A stretch of 64,000 bases of DNA from Clostridia bacterium (lineage in GTDB: Bacteria > Bacillota > Clostridia > Christensenellales > Aristaeellaceae). The notes under the pieces were generated by a model. The model had not been told where the DNA came from. It ran no database searches and saw only the letters and a list, made by a program, of their open reading frames with translations. The position numbers and the translations under genes were made by a program. Where the stretch lies: NCBI GenBank assembly GCA_017427165.1, contig JAFRTK010000118.1, forward strand, positions 19,903 through 83,902, read 5' to 3'. The first letter of the stretch is position 1. Each line of letters opens with the position of its first letter. Below, in pieces: positions 40,920-50,240 of the stretch.

Positions 40920-40948
40920 ATTATACAGCTTAGATGCTATTTATGCAA
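40920..40948 (-). promoter_or_regulatory. Promoter of the pseudo-receiver/SPFH genes
   Basis: TTGCAT-N17-TATAAT. Confidence 0.7.
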
Positions 40949-41017
40949 ACGTTTTTTCCCCGGGGATGCCTGTTTTATGCGGTTTTCCGGCCAGTTTGAA
41001 CGGTTTTGGCTGATTGG

Positions 41018-41073
41018 CTGACATCTTGGCATGCCTGTGATATAATACTTTTTGATACTGTTATAATAACAGT
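41018..41073 (+). promoter_or_regulatory. Promoter and palindromic operator of the glycosyltransferase gene
   Basis: CTGACA-N17-TATAAT (TG-extended), then ACTGTTAT-A-ATAACAGT at 41057-41073. Confidence 0.65.
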
Positions 41074-41111
41074 GTTATGTACGTTCAATTATACTTCTGA
41101 GGTGGATTTTC

Positions 41112-42356
41112 ATGAAAATCACCCTTCTTTCGGTCGGTTCCACCGGCGATGTCCGTCCTTTCATCCTCATCGGCCGTATCCTGAAGTCACGCGGTCATGA
41201 GGTAACAATAACAGCTTTTACCCGTTTCAGGGAAACTGTCGTATCCGCCGGCCTCGGTTTCCATGCGCTCAGCGGCAGTGTGGAAAAGATGATGGAATCC
41301 ATTATGGAACCGGACACGAGCGGAGTTACATATCTCCCCCGTCTCTGGAAGGGAGTAAAGGATACTGCTCCGGAAATGCTCCGGGATATGCTTGACAGCT
41401 GCAGCGGCGCAGATGCCATGGTCTGCAATTTCTTCGGTTCTGTTTATTATTCCATTGCTGAGAAATTCAACATTCCATGCATTCAGGTCAATCTTTTCCC
41501 GATGGATCCCACCGGGGATGTGCCGATTTCTGCCGTGCGCAATCAGCGGCTCGGATCATTTCTGAATAAATCCACCTATAAAGCCGGGTATTATCTTATC
41601 GGAACAATTGAAAAGCATGTGCTCGGTGAATGGCGCCGAAGCAGCGGGCTGACGGACCGCCGTCCTGCCGTCCGACCGGATTACCGGATCGGAACCCATG
41701 TGGTGCCGGTAATCTATCCCATCAGTCCGTGTCTTTTCCCCCGTCCGGAAGACTGGGGGGAACATGTGCATATGAGCGGTTTCTGTTTTGATGAGTCGCC
41801 TGTCGAATATGACCCTCCCAGGGAACTGACAGGCTTCCTTTCTTCCGGTGAACGTCCCATATATATCGGTTTTGGCTCGATGAATTCCGGAGATATGAAT
41901 CGTCTGCTTTCAATAGTCCTTCGTTCAGTCCATGCCGCAGGGATCCGTGCGGTTATTTCTGCCGGCTGGCATGGCCGGAAACTGAAATCCGGCCGTTCTG
42001 TCCTGTTTGTGGATGACATCCCCCATGACTGGCTTTTTCCGCGTGTCAGCGCGGTCGTTCATCATGGGGGTGCCGGTACAACGGCATCCGGCCTGCGCTA
42101 TGGAAAGCCGGCTTTGATTATTCCCTTTGCCGGCGACCAGACTTTCTGGGGAATGCGTGTTTACAGGGTGGGCTGCGGCCCGAAGCCGGTTCCCCGTGCT
42201 TCTCTGTCCGTCCACCGTCTGACGAAAGCCCTGCTGGATCTGAAGAGCAACTCCTCGTATTATGAAAATGCCCGGCACATCAGCGAATCGCTGGGCCGGG
42301 AACATGGTGTCCTTGCAACGGCAGATCTTATCGAAAAGGAAATTGCGAACTGGTAA
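41112..42356 (+). CDS. GT1 family glycosyltransferase (sterol glucosyltransferase-like)
   Basis: GSTGDVRPF, YIGFGSM, HDWLFP...HHGGAGTT...PFAGDQTFWG. Confidence 0.88.
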   Translation: MKITLLSVGSTGDVRPFILIGRILKSRGHEVTITAFTRFRETVVSAGLGFHALSGSVEKMMESIMEPDTSGVTYLPRLWKGVKDTAPEMLRDMLDSCSGADAMVCNFFGSVYYSIAEKFNIPCIQVNLFPMDPTGDVPISAVRNQRLGSFLNKSTYKAGYYLIGTIEKHVLGEWRRSSGLTDRRPAVRPDYRIGTHVVPVIYPISPCLFPRPEDWGEHVHMSGFCFDESPVEYDPPRELTGFLSSGERPIYIGFGSMNSGDMNRLLSIVLRSVHAAGIRAVISAGWHGRKLKSGRSVLFVDDIPHDWLFPRVSAVVHHGGAGTTASGLRYGKPALIIPFAGDQTFWGMRVYRVGCGPKPVPRASLSVHRLTKALLDLKSNSSYYENARHISESLGREHGVLATADLIEKEIANW

Positions 42357-43116
42357 CCGGTTTCCTGCGGTTTTCCGCAGCTCGGATCAGAAGCCGCGGC
42401 ACACCGGTCAGAAGTGCCACAAGGCCGATCATAATCAGCGCGTATGCGTAAATATCTGGATATTCATTGAAGTAGCTTGCGGTATAGATTGTCTTTCCGA
42501 GGGAATCCCTGGTCTGCACCAGGTATTCGGCTGTCACGATCACTTTCAGGCCCATGCCGGCCGCGTTGATGAACGCCTGTTTCATGTACCCGCTCATCAT
42601 CGGCAGGTATACCCTGGCCAGGATTGTCAGGTTCAGTCCGCTGTTCATCCGGTATACATCGATCAGTTCCGGATCCATTCGTACAACGCCTTCATATCCG
42701 GCTTCGCTGATCATCGGGATCAGCACCATCCCGGCCGTAAGCACCGGCACCATGGAATATGGCGCAATCACCATGATGATAATCACCAGGAGGATCATCG
42801 GCAGGGACCGCAGCAGCGACATCAATGGGCGAAGAAGCGCGTGCAGAAACGGAATCAGTCCCTCCGCAATCCCGAGTCCGGTACCGATCAGTACGGAAAT
42901 GGCCAGGGCTTCAATGATGTGCAGGAGGGTGGTCCCGATCCTGGCCCACGTGCCGCCGCTTGAGATCAGGCGTACAAAAGCCCGGCTGATTTCTCCCGCA
43001 GTGGGAAAAACCAGCCGGTCACCCTTCAGTGCGCTGCCCGCTTCAATCAGAATCAGGATCAGCACAATACCCAGCAGGAAAGCAATGCCCTCCCGGGCTT
43101 TTTTATTTTTCAGCAT
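42328..43116 (-). CDS. ABC transporter permease, NitT/TauT family
   Basis: VFPT, about 6 TM segments, EAA-like loop, VIVTAEYL...LG. Confidence 0.85.
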   Translation of the reverse strand: MLKNKKAREGIAFLLGIVLILILIEAGSALKGDRLVFPTAGEISRAFVRLISSGGTWARIGTTLLHIIEALAISVLIGTGLGIAEGLIPFLHALLRPLMSLLRSLPMILLVIIIMVIAPYSMVPVLTAGMVLIPMISEAGYEGVVRMDPELIDVYRMNSGLNLTILARVYLPMMSGYMKQAFINAAGMGLKVIVTAEYLVQTRDSLGKTIYTASYFNEYPDIYAYALIMIGLVALLTGVPRLLIRAAENRRKPVTSSQFPFR

Positions 43117-44011
43117 AGTAGAATTCGTCTGCGGGAACCGTACCGCCGAACTGGGCCAGGTCAATGTTGGCGGTAAATTCAACCAGTTCCTTCGCGTCAG
43201 CAGCGGCGGTATACTGGATTCCGCAATTGGGAATCGCGGCGGCAGCCACTTTTTCATTCGGCAGGATTTCCAGTGCCACTGCTGCCTTCACAACGCCTTC
43301 CGGATCCGAATAAACCGCGTCTGCACTGTTCCTGATGAGTGCAAGGTATTCTCTGACCCCTTCCGGGTCTTTTTCCAGGGTTTCCGCCCGGATGAACAGG
43401 CCGGCCTGTGCATATCCGTTATCTCCGGTCAGGCTGTTCAGTTCCTCTGTCAGCGAAATGCTGGTAATCTTTTCATTTTTGATTTTGGCGGCAGTAACAG
43501 CAGGTTCCGCAGTCATCACAATTGATTCTGCGTCCGTCATCAGCAGTGTCTGGGTTTCCGCGGCGCTTGCCAGATATTCCACATCATCCGGTACAATTCC
43601 CTTTTGTTCAAGGACAAACAAAGCAACTGAGGCATTGATTGTATTTTCACCGAACAGTGTGATCTTTGCCCCGTTGATATCATTCATCGTAAATCCTTCC
43701 CGCTGGGAAGCAAATACCAGATTGCCCCGTGTGATAACGGCGCCGAGAATATAGCTTGATTTCCCGGCCTTGTAAAGTTTTGCCCCCGCATTGATCGGTG
43801 CGATAATAAAGTCTGCTTCATTTTTGCTGAATTCCGCTGCAATCGTGTCAGCGGCAATAAAGCGGTAATGATCCGGATCATTCTCAGCCAACCTGGCTGC
43901 AGCAATGGCCGGTGCTCCGCTCGGGGCAGTCAATGTAAATGTGCTGCCTTCTGCGAAGGCAAATGTCGTTACAGTCATCAGGCAGATCAGTATGGCAACC
44001 AGTCGTTTCAT
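43103..44011 (-). CDS. ABC transporter substrate-binding protein, NitT/TauT family
   Basis: Signal peptide, APSGAPA, P.N.GAKLY, AEP; overlaps the permease start. Confidence 0.8.
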   Translation of the reverse strand: MKRLVAILICLMTVTTFAFAEGSTFTLTAPSGAPAIAAARLAENDPDHYRFIAADTIAAEFSKNEADFIIAPINAGAKLYKAGKSSYILGAVITRGNLVFASQREGFTMNDINGAKITLFGENTINASVALFVLEQKGIVPDDVEYLASAAETQTLLMTDAESIVMTAEPAVTAAKIKNEKITSISLTEELNSLTGDNGYAQAGLFIRAETLEKDPEGVREYLALIRNSADAVYSDPEGVVKAAVALEILPNEKVAAAAIPNCGIQYTAAADAKELVEFTANIDLAQFGGTVPADEFYYAEK

Positions 44012-44095
44012 CGTTCATTCACTCCTCTGTTGAAAAAAGCTGTTGATTAATTGGGCTGCCGGATACCGGACAGCCTCAGGACTCCCCTGTCCCGG

Positions 44096-45376
44096 TCATT
44101 TCAGTTTTTCCTTCATGGCCTCCAGCGCCTGCTGCAGCTGCACATCATGTTCCAGGTCTGCGAAATCGTACATACCGTTATCACCCTCCGGCAGCGTTAT
44201 TTCCACATCGGGGATAATACCGACTTCGTGAACCTCCGTTCCCTTCGGGGTCCGATATGAAGCAATCGTCATCTGGAATCCTGCACCTTTTTGGCCGATT
44301 TCAGTGACCGCCTGGACAATCCCCTTGCCGAAGCTGACGGTACCGACCAGCGTTGCATCCGCGCAGTCACGCAGTGCCCCGGCCAGGATTTCGGAACTGC
44401 TGGCGCTGTTCTCATTCATCAGCACCACCAGTTTCACATTGACCTTGCCGTCACGGGTCAGGTACTCTGTATGATCTTCATATCCGTCCTTATAAACGAG
44501 ATAACAGAGCTCACCCTGATCCATAAACAGATCTGCGATATACCGCGCCTGTTCCACCCATCCGCCCGGGTTGTCGCGCAGGTCAATGATCAATCCTTTG
44601 GCACCGCTGGTGATCATCTTGCGCATCGCCGTTTCGAATTCCTTCTCAGCTGCTCCGGCAAACTGATACAGTGCGATATATCCGATATCCTTGGCCAGCA
44701 TTGTGCTCTCAACCTGGTTCACGTTTACCTTCCGCCGCATGATATTGTAGGTAATTTCCTCCTCGTTGCGGATAAAGGTCACATCCACGGAGGAACCGGC
44801 TTTCCCCTTCATAATATCCACAGCATCCTGCAGTGTTTCTGCAGTCACATACAGATCATCTCCGACTTTATACAGGATATCGCCGCGCTGTACGCCAGCT
44901 TCTTCTGCCGGGCTCCCCTTGAATACGCGGATAATGGTACAGATTCCGTTCCTGTAGTTTGCATTGATCAGGACACCGATGCCTTCATATTCGCCCTCAT
45001 CGTCTTCCCACATGGTAGCCCATTCATCAGGCGTATAGTAAAAAGAATACGGATCATCCAGGCCGGCCATCAGGCCTTTGGCTGCATACTGCAGCATCTT
45101 CTCTCGGTCAGTATCCTTGTAGAAAGCGTTTTCAGCAAATTCCATCAGGTCGATCATTTCATCGAACTGTCGGTACTGCTCATACTCTTCCCGGCTGATT
45201 GTAACCGTTTCACTTTGGGCATCTGCCGTCTGGTTTCCGTTTTCCTCTTCCGTATCTTCTCCGAAAAGACTTTCAAGCCAGGGGGATCTCAGTCCGAAGA
45301 ATTCGGATCCGACACATCCGGTCAGAAGGCACATGCACAGTCCCAGTACGCCAATCAGCAGCAGTTTTTTATTCAT
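44096..45376 (-). CDS. S41A C-terminal processing protease, lipoprotein with PDZ domain
   Basis: Lipobox LTGC, LDDPYS, PDZ GIG, IDLRDNPGG, SASSSE, FGKG. Confidence 0.93.
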   Translation of the reverse strand: MNKKLLLIGVLGLCMCLLTGCVGSEFFGLRSPWLESLFGEDTEEENGNQTADAQSETVTISREEYEQYRQFDEMIDLMEFAENAFYKDTDREKMLQYAAKGLMAGLDDPYSFYYTPDEWATMWEDDEGEYEGIGVLINANYRNGICTIIRVFKGSPAEEAGVQRGDILYKVGDDLYVTAETLQDAVDIMKGKAGSSVDVTFIRNEEEITYNIMRRKVNVNQVESTMLAKDIGYIALYQFAGAAEKEFETAMRKMITSGAKGLIIDLRDNPGGWVEQARYIADLFMDQGELCYLVYKDGYEDHTEYLTRDGKVNVKLVVLMNENSASSSEILAGALRDCADATLVGTVSFGKGIVQAVTEIGQKGAGFQMTIASYRTPKGTEVHEVGIIPDVEITLPEGDNGMYDFADLEHDVQLQQALEAMKEKLK

Positions 45377-45413
45377 TCGGGGTCCTCCGTTCACAGGAAA
45401 CACTTTCCCATGT

Positions 45414-46322
45414 TTATTCATCGTTTTCCGGGAGCCGGCTCAGGAGTCGGAAAGCCATTGCGTCCTGGAAATGCCGCAGGTCGTATCCGGTTACTTTCCG
45501 GATCTTGTCCAGCCTGTAAATCAGCGTGTTCCGATGGATAAACATTTCCCGGGCCGTTGTGGACAGGTTCAGGTCGTTCCGGAAAAATGCGTCAATTGTT
45601 TCCATCATTTCACTGGTCAGTAGTTTTCGGGTTTCCGGGGTAAACAGTTCCTTTCTCAGCTGTACGCGGTCTGCGGCGGGCACAGCGCTTATCAGCCGTT
45701 CTGCGGCCAGGTGCCCGAATGCATATACCGATTCACCGGAAAGGAAATGCCTTCCCATATTGATTGCCGATTCAGCTTCGGAATAGCTTTCCTTCAGTTC
45801 TGTTACTTTTCGGGTCGGCCGGCCGATTCCGGCCTGCAGCCGTATGCCGGCTTCGGTTTCAGCGGCACTTGTTACCGCTGCGGCGAATTCGGCAATCTCT
45901 TCATCTGTCAGTCCATCCGTCTTTTTGATCAGAACTGTTCCGCCGTCGTTCTCGATTATGGCATCCCCGGGTTCCAGCGGAATCAGCTCATCCAGCAGGG
46001 AACGTTCCTGTCGGGCGGAAGCGCGAAAAACAATCACACACCTCGGAACTCCGTCGCGGAGAATCCCTTCGGAAACCTCACCGCGCAGGATCTTTTGCCA
46101 CGGATCGGAAACCGCGCCGCGTTCGGTCCTGGTTTCATTCAGGGCGCGGATCAGGTTTTCTCCGGCATCATTGTCTTCACAGCACAGGTATTTACCGCCT
46201 GCCCGGGCATAGATCATCCCGTTTCCGCGCACAGTTTCAGTGCCTGAATTCAGGCGTGTCCGGATACTGTCCGGTACCTCATCCGCTGTCATCAGGCTGA
46301 TGCGAACGGACTCTGGGTTCAT
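45414..46322 (-). CDS. PucR/CdaR family transcriptional regulator
   Basis: GGDEF-like region (AGIG...SYSEA) and C-terminal HTH FIHRNTLIYRLDKI. Confidence 0.88.
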   Translation of the reverse strand: MNPESVRISLMTADEVPDSIRTRLNSGTETVRGNGMIYARAGGKYLCCEDNDAGENLIRALNETRTERGAVSDPWQKILRGEVSEGILRDGVPRCVIVFRASARQERSLLDELIPLEPGDAIIENDGGTVLIKKTDGLTDEEIAEFAAAVTSAAETEAGIRLQAGIGRPTRKVTELKESYSEAESAINMGRHFLSGESVYAFGHLAAERLISAVPAADRVQLRKELFTPETRKLLTSEMMETIDAFFRNDLNLSTTAREMFIHRNTLIYRLDKIRKVTGYDLRHFQDAMAFRLLSRLPENDE

Positions 46323-46473
46323 GCGGTTTTCCCCCTTCTGCGTTGATCTGATTGATTTTATCACAAACAGGAATTTATTGAAAGACCTGTTTTCCGGCTG
46401 TCCAGGTTGCGCCGGACTCCCGAAAGCTTTATAATATGGCCAGAGAAATCTGTTTGAAAAAGGAGGCAGGACC

Positions 46474-47160
46474 TTGAAGCGCTTTTGCTGTTTTGTCCTG
46501 GTGTTATTCATGGTCCTGCCCTGCACAGTTTCCACGCTGGCTGCATATAATTACAAGGACGACCGTTTTGCCGGCGTATTTACCACGGAAAACCTCGATG
46601 CCATTATTGAAGAATATGAACTGTATGACGGCTGGTATTGGACTACCCCGGCAAATACAGATCAGACATACCATGGAATCCCCGAATGTCCCGGCTGGAC
46701 GGATACCGCTGTAATCCGTCACAACCGTTCCGGCTTCCGGAAAGACTGGTACGGCTGCCGCTGGGGCATTGACCAGGTTGCGTCCTACTCGCCGAATACC
46801 GGCGGATGGGGTGAATGCTTCGGTTTTGCCCAGTTCATCGGTTATCTGCTTTCCGGCGAGCCCAATCCTCACAGGAACTGGAAATGTTACTATTCCATGG
46901 AAGCTGCCGGCGGTCTCCGAGTTGGTGACATTGTGCGTGTGGAATACCGTGCCAATAAAATGAGCTTCCAGCACAGTGCTGTTGTCTATGCTGTCAATGG
47001 AGAGGAGATTCTCTTTCTGCAGATTTCCAGCCTGAACTACAATCGTATATCCGTTGGAAAAGGATATTCGGACGGAAATCATCTGAATGAAACTTCGCCG
47101 GAGATTATTGCCCGGATTCCTTCCCTCAAAATCTGCCGTTCCCAGCTCAACACAGACTGA
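46474..47160 (+). CDS. Secreted protein with putative CHAP/NlpC-P60-like Cys-His domain
   Basis: AGGAGG RBS, TTG start, signal peptide, ECFGFA...GDIV...HSAVV. Confidence 0.6.
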   Translation: MKRFCCFVLVLFMVLPCTVSTLAAYNYKDDRFAGVFTTENLDAIIEEYELYDGWYWTTPANTDQTYHGIPECPGWTDTAVIRHNRSGFRKDWYGCRWGIDQVASYSPNTGGWGECFGFAQFIGYLLSGEPNPHRNWKCYYSMEAAGGLRVGDIVRVEYRANKMSFQHSAVVYAVNGEEILFLQISSLNYNRISVGKGYSDGNHLNETSPEIIARIPSLKICRSQLNTD

Positions 47161-47174
47161 CAGGTCATAACAGT

Positions 47175-47214
47175 AAAAAAGAGCCCCGGGCTTCTCAGCC
47201 CGGGACTTATTTTT
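47175..47214. terminator. Bidirectional terminator
   Basis: A6...CCCGGGCT-TCTC-AGCCCGGG...T-tract between convergent genes. Confidence 0.75.
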
Positions 47215-47225
47215 CTGAATGCTGA

Positions 47226-48359
47226 TTATCCGATGTAACCGCTGTTCAGGATGGTCTTCTCCGTTTCCTTGTCGAAGAAGTGCAGGTGGTTCGTATCGAA
47301 CGCGATGCGGATCTTGTTGCCGGCCTTGCTGGAGGTGCGGGGATCCACACGGGCGATGATGTTGCCGTCCTTGCCGGTGGTGCTCAGGTACAGATAGGTT
47401 TCGGAACCCATCAGTTCGGTCACTTCCACGTCCACATCGATCGTGGCGGTGGAGAACTCAGCGAGCTTCGCTTCATCATCGGAGATGTTTTCAGGACGGA
47501 TGCCCATCACAACTTCCTTGCCGATGTAGCTCTCGTCGGTGAATTTCGCGATCTTCTTCTCGGGAACCACGATCTTGTTCTCGCCGAACAGCGCCACAAC
47601 ATCCTGTCCTTCGCGCTCGAGGCGGACATTGAAGAAGTTCATCTGGGGGCTGCCGATGAAGCCGGCGACGAATTCATTCGCCGGGAAGTCGTACAGGTTC
47701 TGGGGGGTATCCACCTGCTGGATAACGCCGTCCTTCATAACCACGATACGGCTGGCCATCGTCATAGCTTCGGTCTGGTCGTGGGTAACGTAGATGAAGG
47801 TGGTCTGCAGGCGCTGATGCAGCTTGGTGATTTCGGTACGCATCGCAACACGCAGTTTTGCGTCCAGGTTGGACAGGGGTTCGTCGAACAGGAAGACCTT
47901 GGGCTCACGGACGATAGCACGTCCCAGAGCAACACGCTGGCGCTGGCCGCCGGACAGGGCCTTCGGCTTACGGTTCAGCAGGTGGGCAATGTCCAGGATC
48001 TTCGCAGCTTCTTCCACACGGCGCTTGATTTCATCCTTGGGGGTCTTGCGGAGCTTCAGTCCGAATGCCATGTTGTCATACACGGTCATATGCGGATACA
48101 GAGCGTAGTTCTGGAACACCATTGCGATGTCGCGGTCCTTGGGGGCAACGTCATTCACCAGCTTGTCGCCGATGTACAGTTCGCCGTCGGAAATTTCTTC
48201 CAGGCCGGCGACCATACGCAGGGTGGTGGACTTTCCGCAGCCGGAAGGTCCGACCAGAACGATAAATTCCTTGTCTTCGATGTCCAGCGTGAAGTCGCTG
48301 ACAGCGGTTACGTTTCCGGTATATACCTTGTAGATGTGCTGAAGGGATACACTTGCCAT
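47226..48359 (-). CDS. Multiple-sugar ABC transporter ATPase (MsmX/MalK-like)
   Basis: [40 protein letters not shown]-terminal TOBE; no permease adjacent. Confidence 0.95.
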   Translation of the reverse strand: MASVSLQHIYKVYTGNVTAVSDFTLDIEDKEFIVLVGPSGCGKSTTLRMVAGLEEISDGELYIGDKLVNDVAPKDRDIAMVFQNYALYPHMTVYDNMAFGLKLRKTPKDEIKRRVEEAAKILDIAHLLNRKPKALSGGQRQRVALGRAIVREPKVFLFDEPLSNLDAKLRVAMRTEITKLHQRLQTTFIYVTHDQTEAMTMASRIVVMKDGVIQQVDTPQNLYDFPANEFVAGFIGSPQMNFFNVRLEREGQDVVALFGENKIVVPEKKIAKFTDESYIGKEVVMGIRPENISDDEAKLAEFSTATIDVDVEVTELMGSETYLYLSTTGKDGNIIARVDPRTSSKAGNKIRIAFDTNHLHFFDKETEKTILNSGYIG

Positions 48360-48497
48360 TGTTGAATCCTCCTATGCTTTTTCGGAAGCCTGTGCCTCCA
48401 TCTGTGCCTATATTATACGGAAAGGCAAAAGAAAAAGGAACTGCCCGTTTCCACAAGCATTCCTCTTTCACTTTGGTCATTTTATACAAATTCGTTT

Positions 48498-49136
48498 TTA
48501 CCTGCGGTTCTGGATCTCATTCCGTTCCAGGCGGATATTGTTGATCAGCTCGCTCATCTTCCGATCCGTCTCTGCCAGCAGGGAGTCAATGTAGTTCAGC
48601 GTATTCTTGTGCAGGTTCGCAGCTTCCTGGCGTGCGTTTTCCCGCAGTTCTTCGCTTTCTACACGGGCCCTGCGGACAATGCTTTCCTCTTCCACGAGTT
48701 CGTCCGCCTTCTTCTGGGCGTCTGCGATGATCCGGGCAGCTTCCGCTTTGGCGTTCTCTACGGTGGCGTTCGCCTCATTGACAGCATGCTCCACCCGCGC
48801 GTTTGCTTCCTGGACCGCCTGGTCAATCATGGATGCGGCCTTTGCGCTCGCGTCATCCACCATTCCCTGGGCCTGCGCCTGTGCGTTGCTCAGGGTATCC
48901 TTCCGGATTCTCTCCGCTTCCATGCGGATCTGTTCTTCATTCCTGACAATTTCAGCAGCCTTGTCCACCGTATCCGGAATGTTGTCACGGAGGTATTCCA
49001 GCTGGGCCGTCATTGTGCTCCGGTTAACCACACATGTTTCGCTGTTGATCAGGGTTTTCCGCGCGTTCCGCAGTTCCTCCTGCAGCACGCTGACCGCTTT
49101 CAGGCAAAGCTCCGCGCTGTTGATGTCTCCCGCCAT
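48498..49136 (-). CDS. Coiled-coil protein (DivIVA/ATPase-b-like), coaD-associated
   Basis: Ala/Glu-rich heptads (EAARIIADAQKKADEL); lies directly after coaD. Confidence 0.65.
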   Translation of the reverse strand: MAGDINSAELCLKAVSVLQEELRNARKTLINSETCVVNRSTMTAQLEYLRDNIPDTVDKAAEIVRNEEQIRMEAERIRKDTLSNAQAQAQGMVDDASAKAASMIDQAVQEANARVEHAVNEANATVENAKAEAARIIADAQKKADELVEEESIVRRARVESEELRENARQEAANLHKNTLNYIDSLLAETDRKMSELINNIRLERNEIQNRR

Positions 49137-49172
49137 GTCCTTTTCCTCCTCATCCGCCGCATCCGGCAGTTT

Positions 49173-49652
49173 TTATTTCTTCAGGTACCTGTCGATATCC
49201 TTTGAGATCTTCTCCGGAATCAGGAAACTGTAATCTCCGCCGAATGCTGCAATTTCCCGCACCGTGGAGGAGGACACGCTGTCCATTCCGTCCCCGGCAA
49301 AGAGCAGGATGGTTTCAAGCCCGGGATACAGCATACGGTTAACGGCAGCCGCATTCCGTTCCTGCTCAAATTCAGCGATGCTGCGCACTCCCCGGATTAC
49401 AGCGGTGCCCGGTTCCCGGCTGCGCATATAGTCTGCCAGCAGGCCGTCCCACTGGTCCACCGAAACATTCGGAATATCACTGCAGGCTTTTTTCAGCATC
49501 GCAGCCCTCTGGTCAAAAGGAATCATGCCGGTTTTTGAGATGTTGACCATTACACAGATGGTTACATGCTCCATAATGGACGCAGCCCGGCGGATCAGGT
49601 CCAGATGTCCCCGTGTCGGCGGATCAAATGATCCGGGAAAAACGCCCTTCAT
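49173..49652 (-). CDS. coaD: Phosphopantetheine adenylyltransferase
   Basis: FPGSFDPPTRGH, IRGVR, VSSSTVRE. Confidence 0.95.
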   Translation of the reverse strand: MKGVFPGSFDPPTRGHLDLIRRAASIMEHVTICVMVNISKTGMIPFDQRAAMLKKACSDIPNVSVDQWDGLLADYMRSREPGTAVIRGVRSIAEFEQERNAAAVNRMLYPGLETILLFAGDGMDSVSSSTVREIAAFGGDYSFLIPEKISKDIDRYLKK

Positions 49653-50227
49653 GCTTCTTCTCCTTCCGTGCCGTTCCCGGGGTCTTTCCTGAGACGGTAA
49701 AAACTGACGCCGCAGTAACCCCACTGTCTCCGGTCCGTTTCACTGAATGCATCCCCGGCGGATATTTCAGCTTTTGCCTCATGTTCAAGGATGACAAGTC
49801 CGTCTTCCTCCAGAAGGCCTTCCAGCGCGGAAAACACCTCATGCAGGTCAGTCATGCGGTACGGAGGATCCAGGAACACCAGGTCATACCGGCGCCCCTC
49901 GCGCGTCAGTTCCCTGACAGCCTGTTTCCAGTCCCGCATCACGACTTCAGCCTGTCCGGCAAATCCAAGTGATTCCAGGTTTTTCCGTTGTATCCGGTTT
50001 GCGTTCCGGTCAGAATCCACCATTGTCGCACTTTCAGCGCCGCGGCTGAGGGCTTCAAGGCTCAAAGCACCGCTCCCGGCAAAAAGATCCAGCACCCGGC
50101 TGCCCCGGATATTCATCTGCAGAATATTAAACAGGTTTTCACGTACCCTGTCAAGCGTGGGACGGGTATTTTTCCCTTCCGGCGCTTCGATTTTCCGCCC
50201 CCGGGCGGTACCCGCGATAATACGCAT
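49649..50227 (-). CDS. rsmD: 16S rRNA m2G966 methyltransferase
   Basis: MRIIAG, TRPT, DLFAGSG, LEALSRGA, DPPY. Confidence 0.96.
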   Translation of the reverse strand: MRIIAGTARGRKIEAPEGKNTRPTLDRVRENLFNILQMNIRGSRVLDLFAGSGALSLEALSRGAESATMVDSDRNANRIQRKNLESLGFAGQAEVVMRDWKQAVRELTREGRRYDLVFLDPPYRMTDLHEVFSALEGLLEEDGLVILEHEAKAEISAGDAFSETDRRQWGYCGVSFYRLRKDPGNGTEGEEA

Positions 50228-50240
50228 CTTCCGCTCCCTG

